Assembly (NCBI GenBank): GCA_050613775.1
Contig: JBODTK010000119.1
Coordinates: forward strand, 248,001 to 312,000
Direction: 5' to 3'
Source of the DNA: Neocallimastix sp. 'constans'
Taxonomy: Eukaryota
Length of the DNA: 64,000 bases
Program-made: the position numbers and the translations under genes
Notes under the pieces: generated by a model
Database searches by the model: none
What the model was told of the DNA's origin: nothing
The model's input: the letters and a program-made list of their open reading frames with translations, nothing else
Part shown: piece by piece, positions 23,604 to 33,835 of the stretch
Position numbering within the stretch: position 1 is the first letter of the stretch
How the letters are laid out: every line of letters starts with the position of its first letter

Positions 23604-26600
23604 CTAATCTATAGCTGAGTTATACTTTACTATATTTTTCAAATGAACATTACGATTCATTTGAATCAGAGTATTTGGGTCCGCAAGTGTTACGGTATTA
23701 AATTGTTTTTTTATTACTTTTAAAGGACCGACAAAATAAGGTTCTAATTTAGAACGACTAAAATTTCGAACAAGAACTAAATCACCGATTCTTATGTTTT
23801 TGGAATTTTTCATGCTATTTTTTTCTTCCCTTCGGTTGGCCCAATATTTACTTGCGTTCTTTACATTTTCAGCTGCTTCCATGGTCCACCTATAATGTGA
23901 GATAAATTTTTCTAAAAGAATTTCATCTGAAGATTTATTCACTCCTTGTGTAGGTCTAGCAGCAATGTCGAAAGGCTGTTGATCCTCACGACCATAAACT
24001 AATTCGAAGCTAGAATGTTTGGTTACAGAATTCTTTGTAGTTCTAAGGGCCCACAAGGCTGAAGGTAATACCTCATCCCAGTCTTTATTTTCTTCACCAA
24101 GTAATCTCAATAATTTACCAATTTCTTTATTCCTATTTTCAACCAATCCATTACTTTCTGGGTGATAGGTAGTGGTAAATTTTACGTAAACATCATATAA
24201 GTCCAGGAATATTTTAGTCATATCCGATGTGAATTGAACGCCATTATCCGTTGTAATGACTTGAGGAACTCCATGTCTAGCGAAAACATTTATTAAAAAC
24301 TTAATGATGTCCTTAGATGTAATATTTTCAGTAGGTTCAGCCTCCACCCACTTTGTGAAATAATCCACCGCAACAATGATATATTGGTTTTTATTACCAG
24401 TTTTTATTAAGGGACCAATAATATCAAGTCCAAGATGAGTAAAAGAGCCTTCAACTTCTGTTGGAATGTTTTCGGTTGGTTCTGGATATGGCTGAGGGCG
24501 ATTTAACTGACATTTTTCGCATTTTGAAATTATCCGTTTTATATCGTTGACCATATCATTCCAGTAGTAACTTTTTCTAAGTCTTTGATATGTTTTATAA
24601 TAACCTTCATGGCCAACATGATGTGCTTCGAGAATTAATTTTAGTTTTTCATTTGTTTCGGTAACAAGTTTTCTATAATTATTTCCATCTATAAAATAAT
24701 CTATACCATCAATCTTTGTAAATTTTTCTTCAATAAATTCTTTAATTACTTTAGAAAGTGAATCATTTTCATCATCTTTATTCGTTTTTATAGCTAATAC
24801 CTTTTGTTCTTTATCGTTCTTCATTCTAGATAAAGCGTCGGCTACTACATTCTTTTTACCTTGCTCATAGCGAATATCCACTTTTAGCATACTTGCAGTC
24901 AAACACCATCTTGTTTGTCGTGCATTATTCGGTTCCTTATTATTAAATAAACCTAGTAGAGGTTTGTGATCTGTAAAAACTATGGTTCTAAAGGGGCTTC
25001 CCATAATATAAGGTTTTAATTTAGTAATACAATAATATAAAGCCGTTCCTTCCAAATCGGTTATTCCATAATTCTTTTCTGCTTTGGTTAAGCTACGGCT
25101 AATGAAATGAATCGGGTGTTCTATTTCCGATTCGTCTTTCTGCAATAAAACTCCACCAATACCTTCATATGATGCATCTGTTCGAATAATGAATTCTTTG
25201 GAAAAATCAGGATATTTTAAAATAGGAGCATTAATTAATTTTTCTTTTAATTTGGTAAAACTTTGTTTTTGTTCATTATTCCATTTATATTTTACGCCTT
25301 TTCTTAATAGCTTACAAAGAGGAGCTGAGGTTTGAGCATATTCATTTATAAAGTTCCTATAATATCCTACAGCACCTAAGAATGATCTTAACTCATGTAT
25401 ATTCGTGGGTTCTTTCCAGGCTTTAATTGCTTCAATTTTACTATTTTGAGGACTAAGACCCTTAGTAGAAATCTTGTGACCAAGAACTTCAACTTCCGTT
25501 TGCATAAAGTGACATTTTTCAATATTAATTTTTAATTTATGTTCCTTGAAGATTGCTAATACCTGCTTTATGTGTTGGATATGTTCTTCGACAGTTTTTG
25601 AATATATAAGTATATCATCAATAAAGTTGAAAACACATTTTCCGATTAAAGGAAATAAAATTCTATTCATTTCCCGTTGGAAGGTAGCCGGAGCTCCAGT
25701 TAATCCGAAAGGCATAACTTTGAATTGGTAGTTGCCAAATTTGGTTGTAAAACTGGTTATTTCAACACTTTCTTCGTCCATTAGGATTTGATGGTAACCT
25801 GAGTATAGATCCATAGTAGTAAAGATTTTGGCACCATCTAAACTGTCAAATATCTCGTCAATATATGGAAGGGCATAAGAGTCTTTTTCGGTTAGATCAT
25901 TCACCTTGCGGTAGTCCACACACAATCTCCATTTTCCATTAGCCTTTGGGACCACAACAACAGGTGAAGACCATTCTGAATAAGATGGTACAACTAGCTT
26001 TTTCTTAATAAGTTTAATTAGTTCTTCTTTAATAATATCCGATTTAAATTTGGTTACCCTGTAACATCTTTGTTTAACAGGTTTTGCGTTCGCTTTCAAG
26101 TTAATCTTATGAGGTGCTAAGTCTGACGGGGTTAATTCTTCAGAAGATGTCGCTATAATGTCCAAGTTTTCTTCAAGTAATTTTACTATTACATCTTTAT
26201 AATCTTTACAAAGACTTGCTAAAAATTTTTCATCATGGATATACTCTTGCGGGGATAGACCTTCAAGTTTCTTTAATTCATTAGTTGTGTCTTCATCTTC
26301 AAGTATTTTCCTTACTATACATACTAATTTTTCTTCTTCTTGGAAATTATTATTAATAGGAGCTATAACGTCGATTAGTCCTTGAGAATTAAATTGACAT
26401 AAACTATATCTTATAGGATGGATAAAAAGATTGTGTTCTACTTGAGTTTGAAAATTAATCAACAAATCATAAAATGGGTCATCATCATCAATTATACGAA
26501 AATCTACTATCATTTTATAATCATTAATCTTAACAGGTATTCGTACAATGATTCCTTCTGAATACTCATCATTCTTAGTCGCTAAACGTATCCTTCCACG

Positions 26601-27527
26601 ACTAATACCTACTTCTTCATAATTTCCAGGTAATTTCTCATAAAATTTTTTTGTGATAACATTGAGATTGCTACAAGAATCAATTAGTGCTTTACCAGGA
26701 ATTTCATCTACTGTTACATCAACCATGGCAATATCTTCTTCTGAGGTTTCCTTACTTTTGCTAATATAAGAGTGATCAATATTATTTACCAAGGTAGCAG
26801 CAGCAATAGTATTGTTTAATGCACCTATTATTTTCTTTTCAGGTTTTTCTAATTTTAATCCTTGACTTACTTGACTTCTGACTTTTGGAGAAACATTGAG
26901 GAGCTGACCGAAACTAATATTACACTTGGTTTCATTCAAATCTTGTAAAACATTATATTCTTCCTGATCCTTACACATCTTGATGTTCCTAAGCGTTCTA
27001 CTAATTGTTGCTTTTTCTTTAGGCTCTTGAAAATCTATGAGCTTCTGTAATGTAATATTCTCATGACCTTCGTCATTAAGCTTTTCAGGAACTTCAATAA
27101 CTTCCATTTCATTGATTTGTTTTGTTTTAATAATTTTATCGTTTTCATTATCAATTAATTTATTTAATCGTTGATGCATTTTATCACTAGTAGTACTGAT
27201 GCTATTTCTTTGTTTTGAAGAATCCAGACTTTGCTTTTCTCTTATAGTAATATTATCCTCCCTTTCCTTCCTTTTTCCCTTGTTATTTCCAAAGTTAGCT
27301 CTTTCTTTATTCCGAATTTGTTTTTCTTTGGCTTTCTCAATATTTATATTAGGCTGCGCCATTATCGAAGGATGTAGTTGATTTTTATTTTTAACAATTA
27401 TTCTATTTTCTATTTCCTTCTCTTTTATCTTTCTTATTGCAGGAGTTGTTATAGGGGTAGGATTATCTTTGAGACTTTTACGTTGTCTCTTTTCATTATT
27501 TTCACTAGTTTCATCGTTAGTCGTCAA
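23604..27527 (-). CDS. pol: Pol of element C (protease, RT, RNase H, integrase); frame open back to a -1 frameshift site at 27716-27722
   Basis: LIDSCS; WRLCVDYRKVN, MPFGL, FIDD; RTDAS; HHVGHEG..CEKC, GLDIIGP, TDNGVQF, NGLVENRN. Confidence 0.96.
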   Translation of the reverse strand: MTTNDETSENNEKRQRKSLKDNPTPITTPAIRKIKEKEIENRIIVKNKNQLHPSIMAQPNINIEKAKEKQIRNKERANFGNNKGKRKEREDNITIREKQSLDSSKQRNSISTTSDKMHQRLNKLIDNENDKIIKTKQINEMEVIEVPEKLNDEGHENITLQKLIDFQEPKEKATISRTLRNIKMCKDQEEYNVLQDLNETKCNISFGQLLNVSPKVRSQVSQGLKLEKPEKKIIGALNNTIAAATLVNNIDHSYISKSKETSEEDIAMVDVTVDEIPGKALIDSCSNLNVITKKFYEKLPGNYEEVGISRGRIRLATKNDEYSEGIIVRIPVKINDYKMIVDFRIIDDDDPFYDLLINFQTQVEHNLFIHPIRYSLCQFNSQGLIDVIAPINNNFQEEEKLVCIVRKILEDEDTTNELKKLEGLSPQEYIHDEKFLASLCKDYKDVIVKLLEENLDIIATSSEELTPSDLAPHKINLKANAKPVKQRCYRVTKFKSDIIKEELIKLIKKKLVVPSYSEWSSPVVVVPKANGKWRLCVDYRKVNDLTEKDSYALPYIDEIFDSLDGAKIFTTMDLYSGYHQILMDEESVEITSFTTKFGNYQFKVMPFGLTGAPATFQREMNRILFPLIGKCVFNFIDDILIYSKTVEEHIQHIKQVLAIFKEHKLKINIEKCHFMQTEVEVLGHKISTKGLSPQNSKIEAIKAWKEPTNIHELRSFLGAVGYYRNFINEYAQTSAPLCKLLRKGVKYKWNNEQKQSFTKLKEKLINAPILKYPDFSKEFIIRTDASYEGIGGVLLQKDESEIEHPIHFISRSLTKAEKNYGITDLEGTALYYCITKLKPYIMGSPFRTIVFTDHKPLLGLFNNKEPNNARQTRWCLTASMLKVDIRYEQGKKNVVADALSRMKNDKEQKVLAIKTNKDDENDSLSKVIKEFIEEKFTKIDGIDYFIDGNNYRKLVTETNEKLKLILEAHHVGHEGYYKTYQRLRKSYYWNDMVNDIKRIISKCEKCQLNRPQPYPEPTENIPTEVEGSFTHLGLDIIGPLIKTGNKNQYIIVAVDYFTKWVEAEPTENITSKDIIKFLINVFARHGVPQVITTDNGVQFTSDMTKIFLDLYDVYVKFTTTYHPESNGLVENRNKEIGKLLRLLGEENKDWDEVLPSALWALRTTKNSVTKHSSFELVYGREDQQPFDIAARPTQGVNKSSDEILLEKFISHYRWTMEAAENVKNASKYWANRREEKNSMKNSKNIRIGDLVLVRNFSRSKLEPYFVGPLKVIKKQFNTVTLADPNTLIQMNRNVHLKNIVKYNSAID

Positions 27528-27709
27528 CTTCCTTTTTGTCGCACTAACTATAAATTCTACATCATTCTCATTATCGGATTCTTTGTGAGTTTCATTAGTA
27601 TAGGAAGCATCTTCTTTTTCTTCCTTATTATAATCATTTGTACTACTAGGAATGGATTTGTATTGTAATGAAGCTATTTTATTTTTATAGGGAGTGCTTC
27701 CTCTCCCTT

Positions 27710-28603
27710 TTAGTGGTTTAAAGATTTTCCACTATATAACCGTTTCTTATTTTCTTGAATAATTGCATTTAACTTAGGACAATTATACTGCAAATGTCCT
27801 GGATCGCTACAATAAAAACAGGCTTTAATGGTAAGATTTTTCATTTTTTTTGTTAAGTCCTCCAATTCGTAATCTTTATTTCTTTTTGGGCTTCTAACTT
27901 CATAATTCTCTCTTACTACCTTTCTGTTGTTTTGATAATTATTCCTGATATTTATTCTTGGGTTGACAATTTCAGTTGAGTACTCTTTTGAGGGTCTCAA
28001 ATTCATTACTCTATCAACTTTTTCGGCAATGTCAAACGCCCGATTTAAAGAAATGTCATCCTTAAGGGAGACCTTTTTCCAAGCTTCTTCATTGTTCCTA
28101 AGAGCATCAATATAATCGAGAACACTGACTCGCTTCTTTCTTTTCTTATCTAATTTCAAATATATGGATCGGAAACGAGTATTAAAGTCTTTTACTCGCT
28201 CATTTCTTTTAATTCTTAAAGCACGGAGCTCACGAAGTAACATATTCTGGTCTTCTTTAAGACCATAAAAAGTTTCTATTGCTTCTACAATTTCCTTTAA
28301 GGAAGGATATTCATCTTTTTTCTTTTCTTCTGAATCAGATTCTTCTTCTTCTTCGTCCTCACTTTCTGATTCAGAATCGGTACTGTAACTTTCAATTAAA
28401 TCCTGGATAACTTCGCGAGGCTCTCCAGTAGACGTGAGTAAGCAGGCGGTAAAAATCTTTTTGGGATCAGTAACTTCCTCCAGTTTTATCCATAATCGGA
28501 TTTCTGATTCCCAAGATTTGATATCGAGATTTTCCTTTGAAATTTTCTCGATATCTTTTAATTCCTTTTTTAATTCTTTAAAATTGATTTTATTTTCAGC
28601 CAT
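27710..28603 (-). CDS. gag: Gag of element C with CCHC zinc knuckle
   Basis: ATG at 28603 (MAENKINF); ERVKDFNTRF motif; CFYCSDPGHLQYNC; lies directly upstream of pol. Confidence 0.88.
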   Translation of the reverse strand: MAENKINFKELKKELKDIEKISKENLDIKSWESEIRLWIKLEEVTDPKKIFTACLLTSTGEPREVIQDLIESYSTDSESESEDEEEEESDSEEKKKDEYPSLKEIVEAIETFYGLKEDQNMLLRELRALRIKRNERVKDFNTRFRSIYLKLDKKRKKRVSVLDYIDALRNNEEAWKKVSLKDDISLNRAFDIAEKVDRVMNLRPSKEYSTEIVNPRINIRNNYQNNRKVVRENYEVRSPKRNKDYELEDLTKKMKNLTIKACFYCSDPGHLQYNCPKLNAIIQENKKRLYSGKSLNH

Positions 28604-29123
28604 TTGAAAATTTAAAAATGGTATTAATGCTATGATATCCAATTTAAAAATATGTTTACTTTAAAAATATATTTAATAACAAAAAAAAAAAAATAAATTT
28701 ATCTTTGTTTTATACTAATATAATTATGGACTCAGAAAACCCTCTGACAATCCAATTCTTTATTCCAATAATAATTCAGACTCAGAATCTCTCTCTGAAA
28801 ATCTGATAAATTAATTCAGACTCGAAAACACCCTTCGAAAATCTGAAACTAAAAAAAATAAATTAAAATTCAGACTCAAAAACGCAATTTGAAAATCTGA
28901 AGCTTTTTATTATGAATTTTAATATTTATTATATTCTCTTAGGCATTAATACACAGAATATGTATATCCTAATTTTTTTTTTTTTTTTTTTTTAATTTAT
29001 TTGTAGTAATAGTTTCTTTATTTAATTTTATTTAATATACTTATTTCCTTTATTAAAATAATTAATATAACATTAAACAAATTGTATAAATACTTAAATA
29101 ATAATAATAATATATATTTATTT

Positions 29124-29163
<40 letters not shown>

Positions 29164-30608
29164 TGTATATATTTATATTCTATTAATTCTTTGTTATAAT
29201 ATTTAATAAAATATTAAATAAAAAGTTAAAATACAAGCCAAACTATATAGTGTTGAACCATCAAATATATAGCTTGTTAACCCTTCTTACAATAAGTCCC
29301 CTTAGCTCTTTATTGATAAGTTGATAATGTCGATTGTTAATTATTAAGAAACTTAATAAAAAGAAGGTAGCAATATTAAATTCTTTTTAATTTGGCTAAC
29401 TTATTGTTAGTAATAAAGAAGATAATAACGTATCCTTCCCAGTATCAACAAGATCAAAACAATAAAGTATTATGTGTGGGTGTTCAACTATCCCGCGTAG
29501 AGAGTTGTAAGACAGCTTATTTATATTTTTCTTTTTAATTAAAATTTAATTAATTATATAACGAATAATAGAAAATTTAACACACACAAAAAAAAATTTC
29601 AATTATAAAAATTTCAATAAAAAAAAATTTAATTATATAAAATCATAAAAATAATACACTTATTTGAAAAATAATAATAATAATCTAATTTTATATATTC
29701 TATATATATATATTGTACATGTATATATTAAAAAAAATAAAATAAACTGATAAACATAAAAAATTACAATTTATTATTTAGAATTATTAATATAAAAAAA
29801 AAAGTTTTTTTATTTATAAAATTTTTTTTTTTTTTTTTTCCTATTTTAATAAAAAAAAATTAAAAAATTTGTACTACAAAAAAAAATTTTGCTTATTATT
29901 TTATCATTAACTAAAAAAAATTTTTTTTATTTTTTTTTTTTTTTTGTTTACATATATAAATCTAAATCTATGATAATATTATTGGTTAAAAAAAATTTTT
30001 TTTTTTTTTTTTTTTTTTTAAAAAGTTTGTTCTACACTAAAGAAAAATTTAATTTATTATTTATTAAAAAAAAATTATTAATGAAATATTTATTATTTTA
30101 ATAAAAGGAAAAATATATATATATTTTTTTTATTGTATTGCAAAAAAAAAAAAAAATAATAATAATAATAATAATAGGCGAACAAATTTATAAAAGCCTA
30201 AAATAAAAATAAAAAAAAAAACTATATATTTTAACGTCACTTCGCAAGAATGACCAGGGTTTTATCAGGGATCGAACCTGACCCACCTCTTATTTTCTGC
30301 GCGAGTGAACAAACTATCACCTGTTGAAGTGTGTAGTTGCCTTCAGCGTGAAGGTTTTATAGTTCTAGGGCGTATTTGCCTAATTGTCAAGGATTTGTTC
30401 CTTGAGATACTCGCGTTTACAATCTACAAAACCTTGCAAAATTGTAAATAAGAGTTTATGAAATTAATATCCTGCAAGCTAACACTGTCTTACTCGAATA
30501 TTAACTTCGTAAATTTGTTAACTTTTTATTATTTTTTTTTTATTATTATTTTTTTTTATCTATAATCTATAATTAAATAAAGTTACTACAAAAACTAAAG
30601 TTTTCCCA

Positions 30609-30680
<72 letters not shown>

Positions 30681-30966
30681 TATTATAACTTTTATTATTA
30701 TTAATATTAATATTAAATTATTAATTATTATTATTTAACAAAACTTATGGATAAGCTGATAGTATACCCTGTCTGACGTGCAGCTTGCCTCTTCACGGCG
30801 TCATGCCACGCGGGTACCACGGCTACTGTATTCAATATAAAATACAGCAGTCCAGAGCCTACTAGCCCAATTACTATGTAGGTTAAACTTAGCCCGGAAA
30901 TCTATATCCAAGGCTTTGTTAAATAATTTAATTAATAAATAATATTAAATTTTATTTTTCTAATAT

Positions 30967-30984
30967 TCCCCGATATCTCCACCA
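30967..30984 (-). promoter_or_regulatory. Primer-binding site of C, complementary to a tRNA 3' end (probably tRNA-Ala)
   Basis: Minus strand TGGTGGAGATATCGGGGA, 7 nt after the 5' LTR; complement ends ...TCTCCA-CCA as in eukaryotic tRNA-Ala. Confidence 0.7.
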
Positions 30985-32558
30985 TAAATTATGTTATGGT
31001 TCGGGTTTTATTAGAATTTTATTTAATTATTTATTTTTAATATTTTTTCTGTCTACATTTTAATTATTGAAAAACTTCACTTATTTATACTTTTTGAAAA
31101 AAAATAAATATGTAAAGCCTTTCTACATTTTATTATCATATTTAAAAAAAAAATATTTACTATTACTAATTACTTAAAATTTTATATTAATTTAAATTAA
31201 CTAATTCATAAGTATTTTTATTTTAATAAATTTTGTTTACATAATTTTATATTATTTTTCATATACTAAAACTAAATTATTTAATATATACGAAAAGTAA
31301 CAAACAAAATTTAAAAAGATTTTACAGAAAAATAAAGTTATTTTAATCAAGAATGTTAATATAATATTCTTATATTTTATATAAAATAAATTTAAAAACT
31401 ATAATATATTTAATATTTATTATTAATCAATTAAGATTTGATTTTATTTGTGGGGAATAAAAATATAAAATAATCAATTTAAAAATAAAATAAAATACTA
31501 AAAAGAATACAAGTTTAATATTGATACAATATAATAATAATATAATAATATATTTGAAAATAAAAATAAAATATTAATATTGATAATAAACACTTTAATA
31601 AAATAATAAAATTTAAGGTTAAATTATAGATATTGATATTAATAATAAAAATATAAAATTATTGATAATATTTTAGAAACTTTTAATAAAAATATAAAAA
31701 AAAATAAATATATTTAGAAAATATTTTAGTATAGAAAATATAGTAAAGTAATATTAAGTAAAGAATAATATAATGGATTCTAAAGTAAGTGTCAAAATTA
31801 CAACTGAATTAAATTTCAATTTCAATTAATTTCAATTAAAATTATTAAAAACAAAATAATTAATAAAAATTTATAATTCATTAATTATTCTTTAAATTTT
31901 ATTTATTTTATAATATTATAAGTTATTTGATCATCTTAGGACCAGCTTAGGCCTACTGATTCTAATGATATCATATTAAACTTAAATATTATTAATAAAT
32001 AAAATATTTATTAACATGAATCATTTGGTCATGTCATCCTTGATTCATAAATTAATGTTTATGTATTAATTTATGTTATATTGATTTAATTAATTATTAA
32101 TTATTAATTACTATATTAAATATTTAAATTTAATATTATATTATATATATTAGCTAATATATTAGATTAAAAAATATAATTTATTTATATTAAACATATT
32201 CTTATACTAAATATTATTATTATCAACTTTATATTATTATTATCAATATTCTCAAACCTACAAAGTATAAAAAGAAAATTCAAATTTATCTTTTTGTCCT
32301 TTGTAAGGTTATAGTTAACCTATTATAATATAACTATATATTTTTATTAATAAATAAAAATTTTTATCATATCAAACCAATTATTAGTTTTAATTAAGTG
32401 TTAAATTAACAAATTTAACTTTATAACTCTTTTATTTTAGTAATTTACTTATATCTATATAGTTATATTATATAGATATATCAACCTGATTCCTCGTTAA
32501 ATTCAACCTGTTTACTTTTTAACAATAACCTTACCTTAGAAAAGAGAATCACCTTGAT

Positions 32559-33638
32559 ATGTCCCTTTATAATAACGTGTGGGCAAACTCCTATCCTGAC
32601 TTTGCTCCTATGTCGGAAGTAAATAAGCTAAGAACAGACGCTCAGATTACTGTCTCTGAACTGGCAAAAGATGCAGAAGTTACATTCTTATCAAGAGAAG
32701 ATTTTAATAAATATAATGAAGATCTTCAAAAGAAACTTTTTACTTTAAATAGGGATAACAAGAATATCATAAAACAACTTTCTTCTATTACCAGCATTTT
32801 AAATCAGAAATTCGATTTTATTCCTAATGTTAATGCTTCTCAAAATCAAGATGATAACGCTTCTATATCAACAAGAAGAGAGGCAGACAATGATGTAATA
32901 ATGAGGAATACTATTCCCAATACACTTCAAGAAGTCCCAGAACCTGGATTTTTCACTGGGGATACTAAGGAAACCGATCTCTTTTGTCAGCTCTGTGAAG
33001 ATACTTTTAAGACTTATCCTAACTGTGAATCTACTATGGATGTAAAAATTAATTATGTTAAGTCACGCTTAAGAGATGGTGCTCGTAATTGGTATTATGC
33101 CAAATATAAAGATAGAAGTCCAGCAACATTAGAAGAATTGATTAAAGAATTAAGGAAAGCTTTTAATAATGTTGCCAGTAAGAAATTAGCCATGATCCAA
33201 CTCGCAAAAATTTCTCACACATTTGGGAAAATTAATGATTATATTGATGAATTTCGAACCCTTACAACATGTTTGAATTGGAATGAAGAAGCTTTAGTTT
33301 TATTCTTTTATAATGGATTGCACCCAAGGTTCCAGGAAGAAATAGAAAAAATGGATGAATTTCCTTCTGATCTTAGTACTATTTATACTAGATGTATTCT
33401 TTACGAAAATTCCTTGAAATCTAAAGGTCAATTAAAATCTAATGGTAATAAAAATTTAAAGAAAAAGCCTTCTAATGTCCACAATAACAACAACAACAAT
33501 AATAATAAATATAATAATAATAACAATTATAATAAATATTATAATAATAATTATAATAAAGTCCATAATAATAATAACTTTAATAAAATTAATAATAACA
33601 GTAATAATAGTACAAATAATAATAATTCAAAAAACTAA
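32559..33638 (+). CDS. gag: Gag of A2
   Basis: Translation appears identical to 9124-10203. Confidence 0.9.
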   Translation: MSLYNNVWANSYPDFAPMSEVNKLRTDAQITVSELAKDAEVTFLSREDFNKYNEDLQKKLFTLNRDNKNIIKQLSSITSILNQKFDFIPNVNASQNQDDNASISTRREADNDVIMRNTIPNTLQEVPEPGFFTGDTKETDLFCQLCEDTFKTYPNCESTMDVKINYVKSRLRDGARNWYYAKYKDRSPATLEELIKELRKAFNNVASKKLAMIQLAKISHTFGKINDYIDEFRTLTTCLNWNEEALVLFFYNGLHPRFQEEIEKMDEFPSDLSTIYTRCILYENSLKSKGQLKSNGNKNLKKKPSNVHNNNNNNNNKYNNNNNYNKYYNNNYNKVHNNNNFNKINNNSNNSTNNNNSKN

Positions 33639-33835
33639 ATGAAGGACTTTACTCGGAGTCCAATTCATCAAAAAATGTAAAAACAATTTATTATAACTTT
33701 CCTTCATTTGATAACATCACAACCCAAAAACTACCTTCAACTTTTCTTTTATTCCATTGCTACATTCCAACAAGACTACCAATTAATAATAATAAATTAA
33801 AAATTAAAAATAACCAAAAAATTACATCTGAATCT

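Noticed and set aside
30265..30281. tRNA or Pol III gene at the T-arm-like hairpin TCAGG-TTCGATC-CCTGA (minus strand) in the C leader
   Set aside because: No consensus A-box at the expected distance and no cloverleaf; treated as one stem of the B/C shared motif
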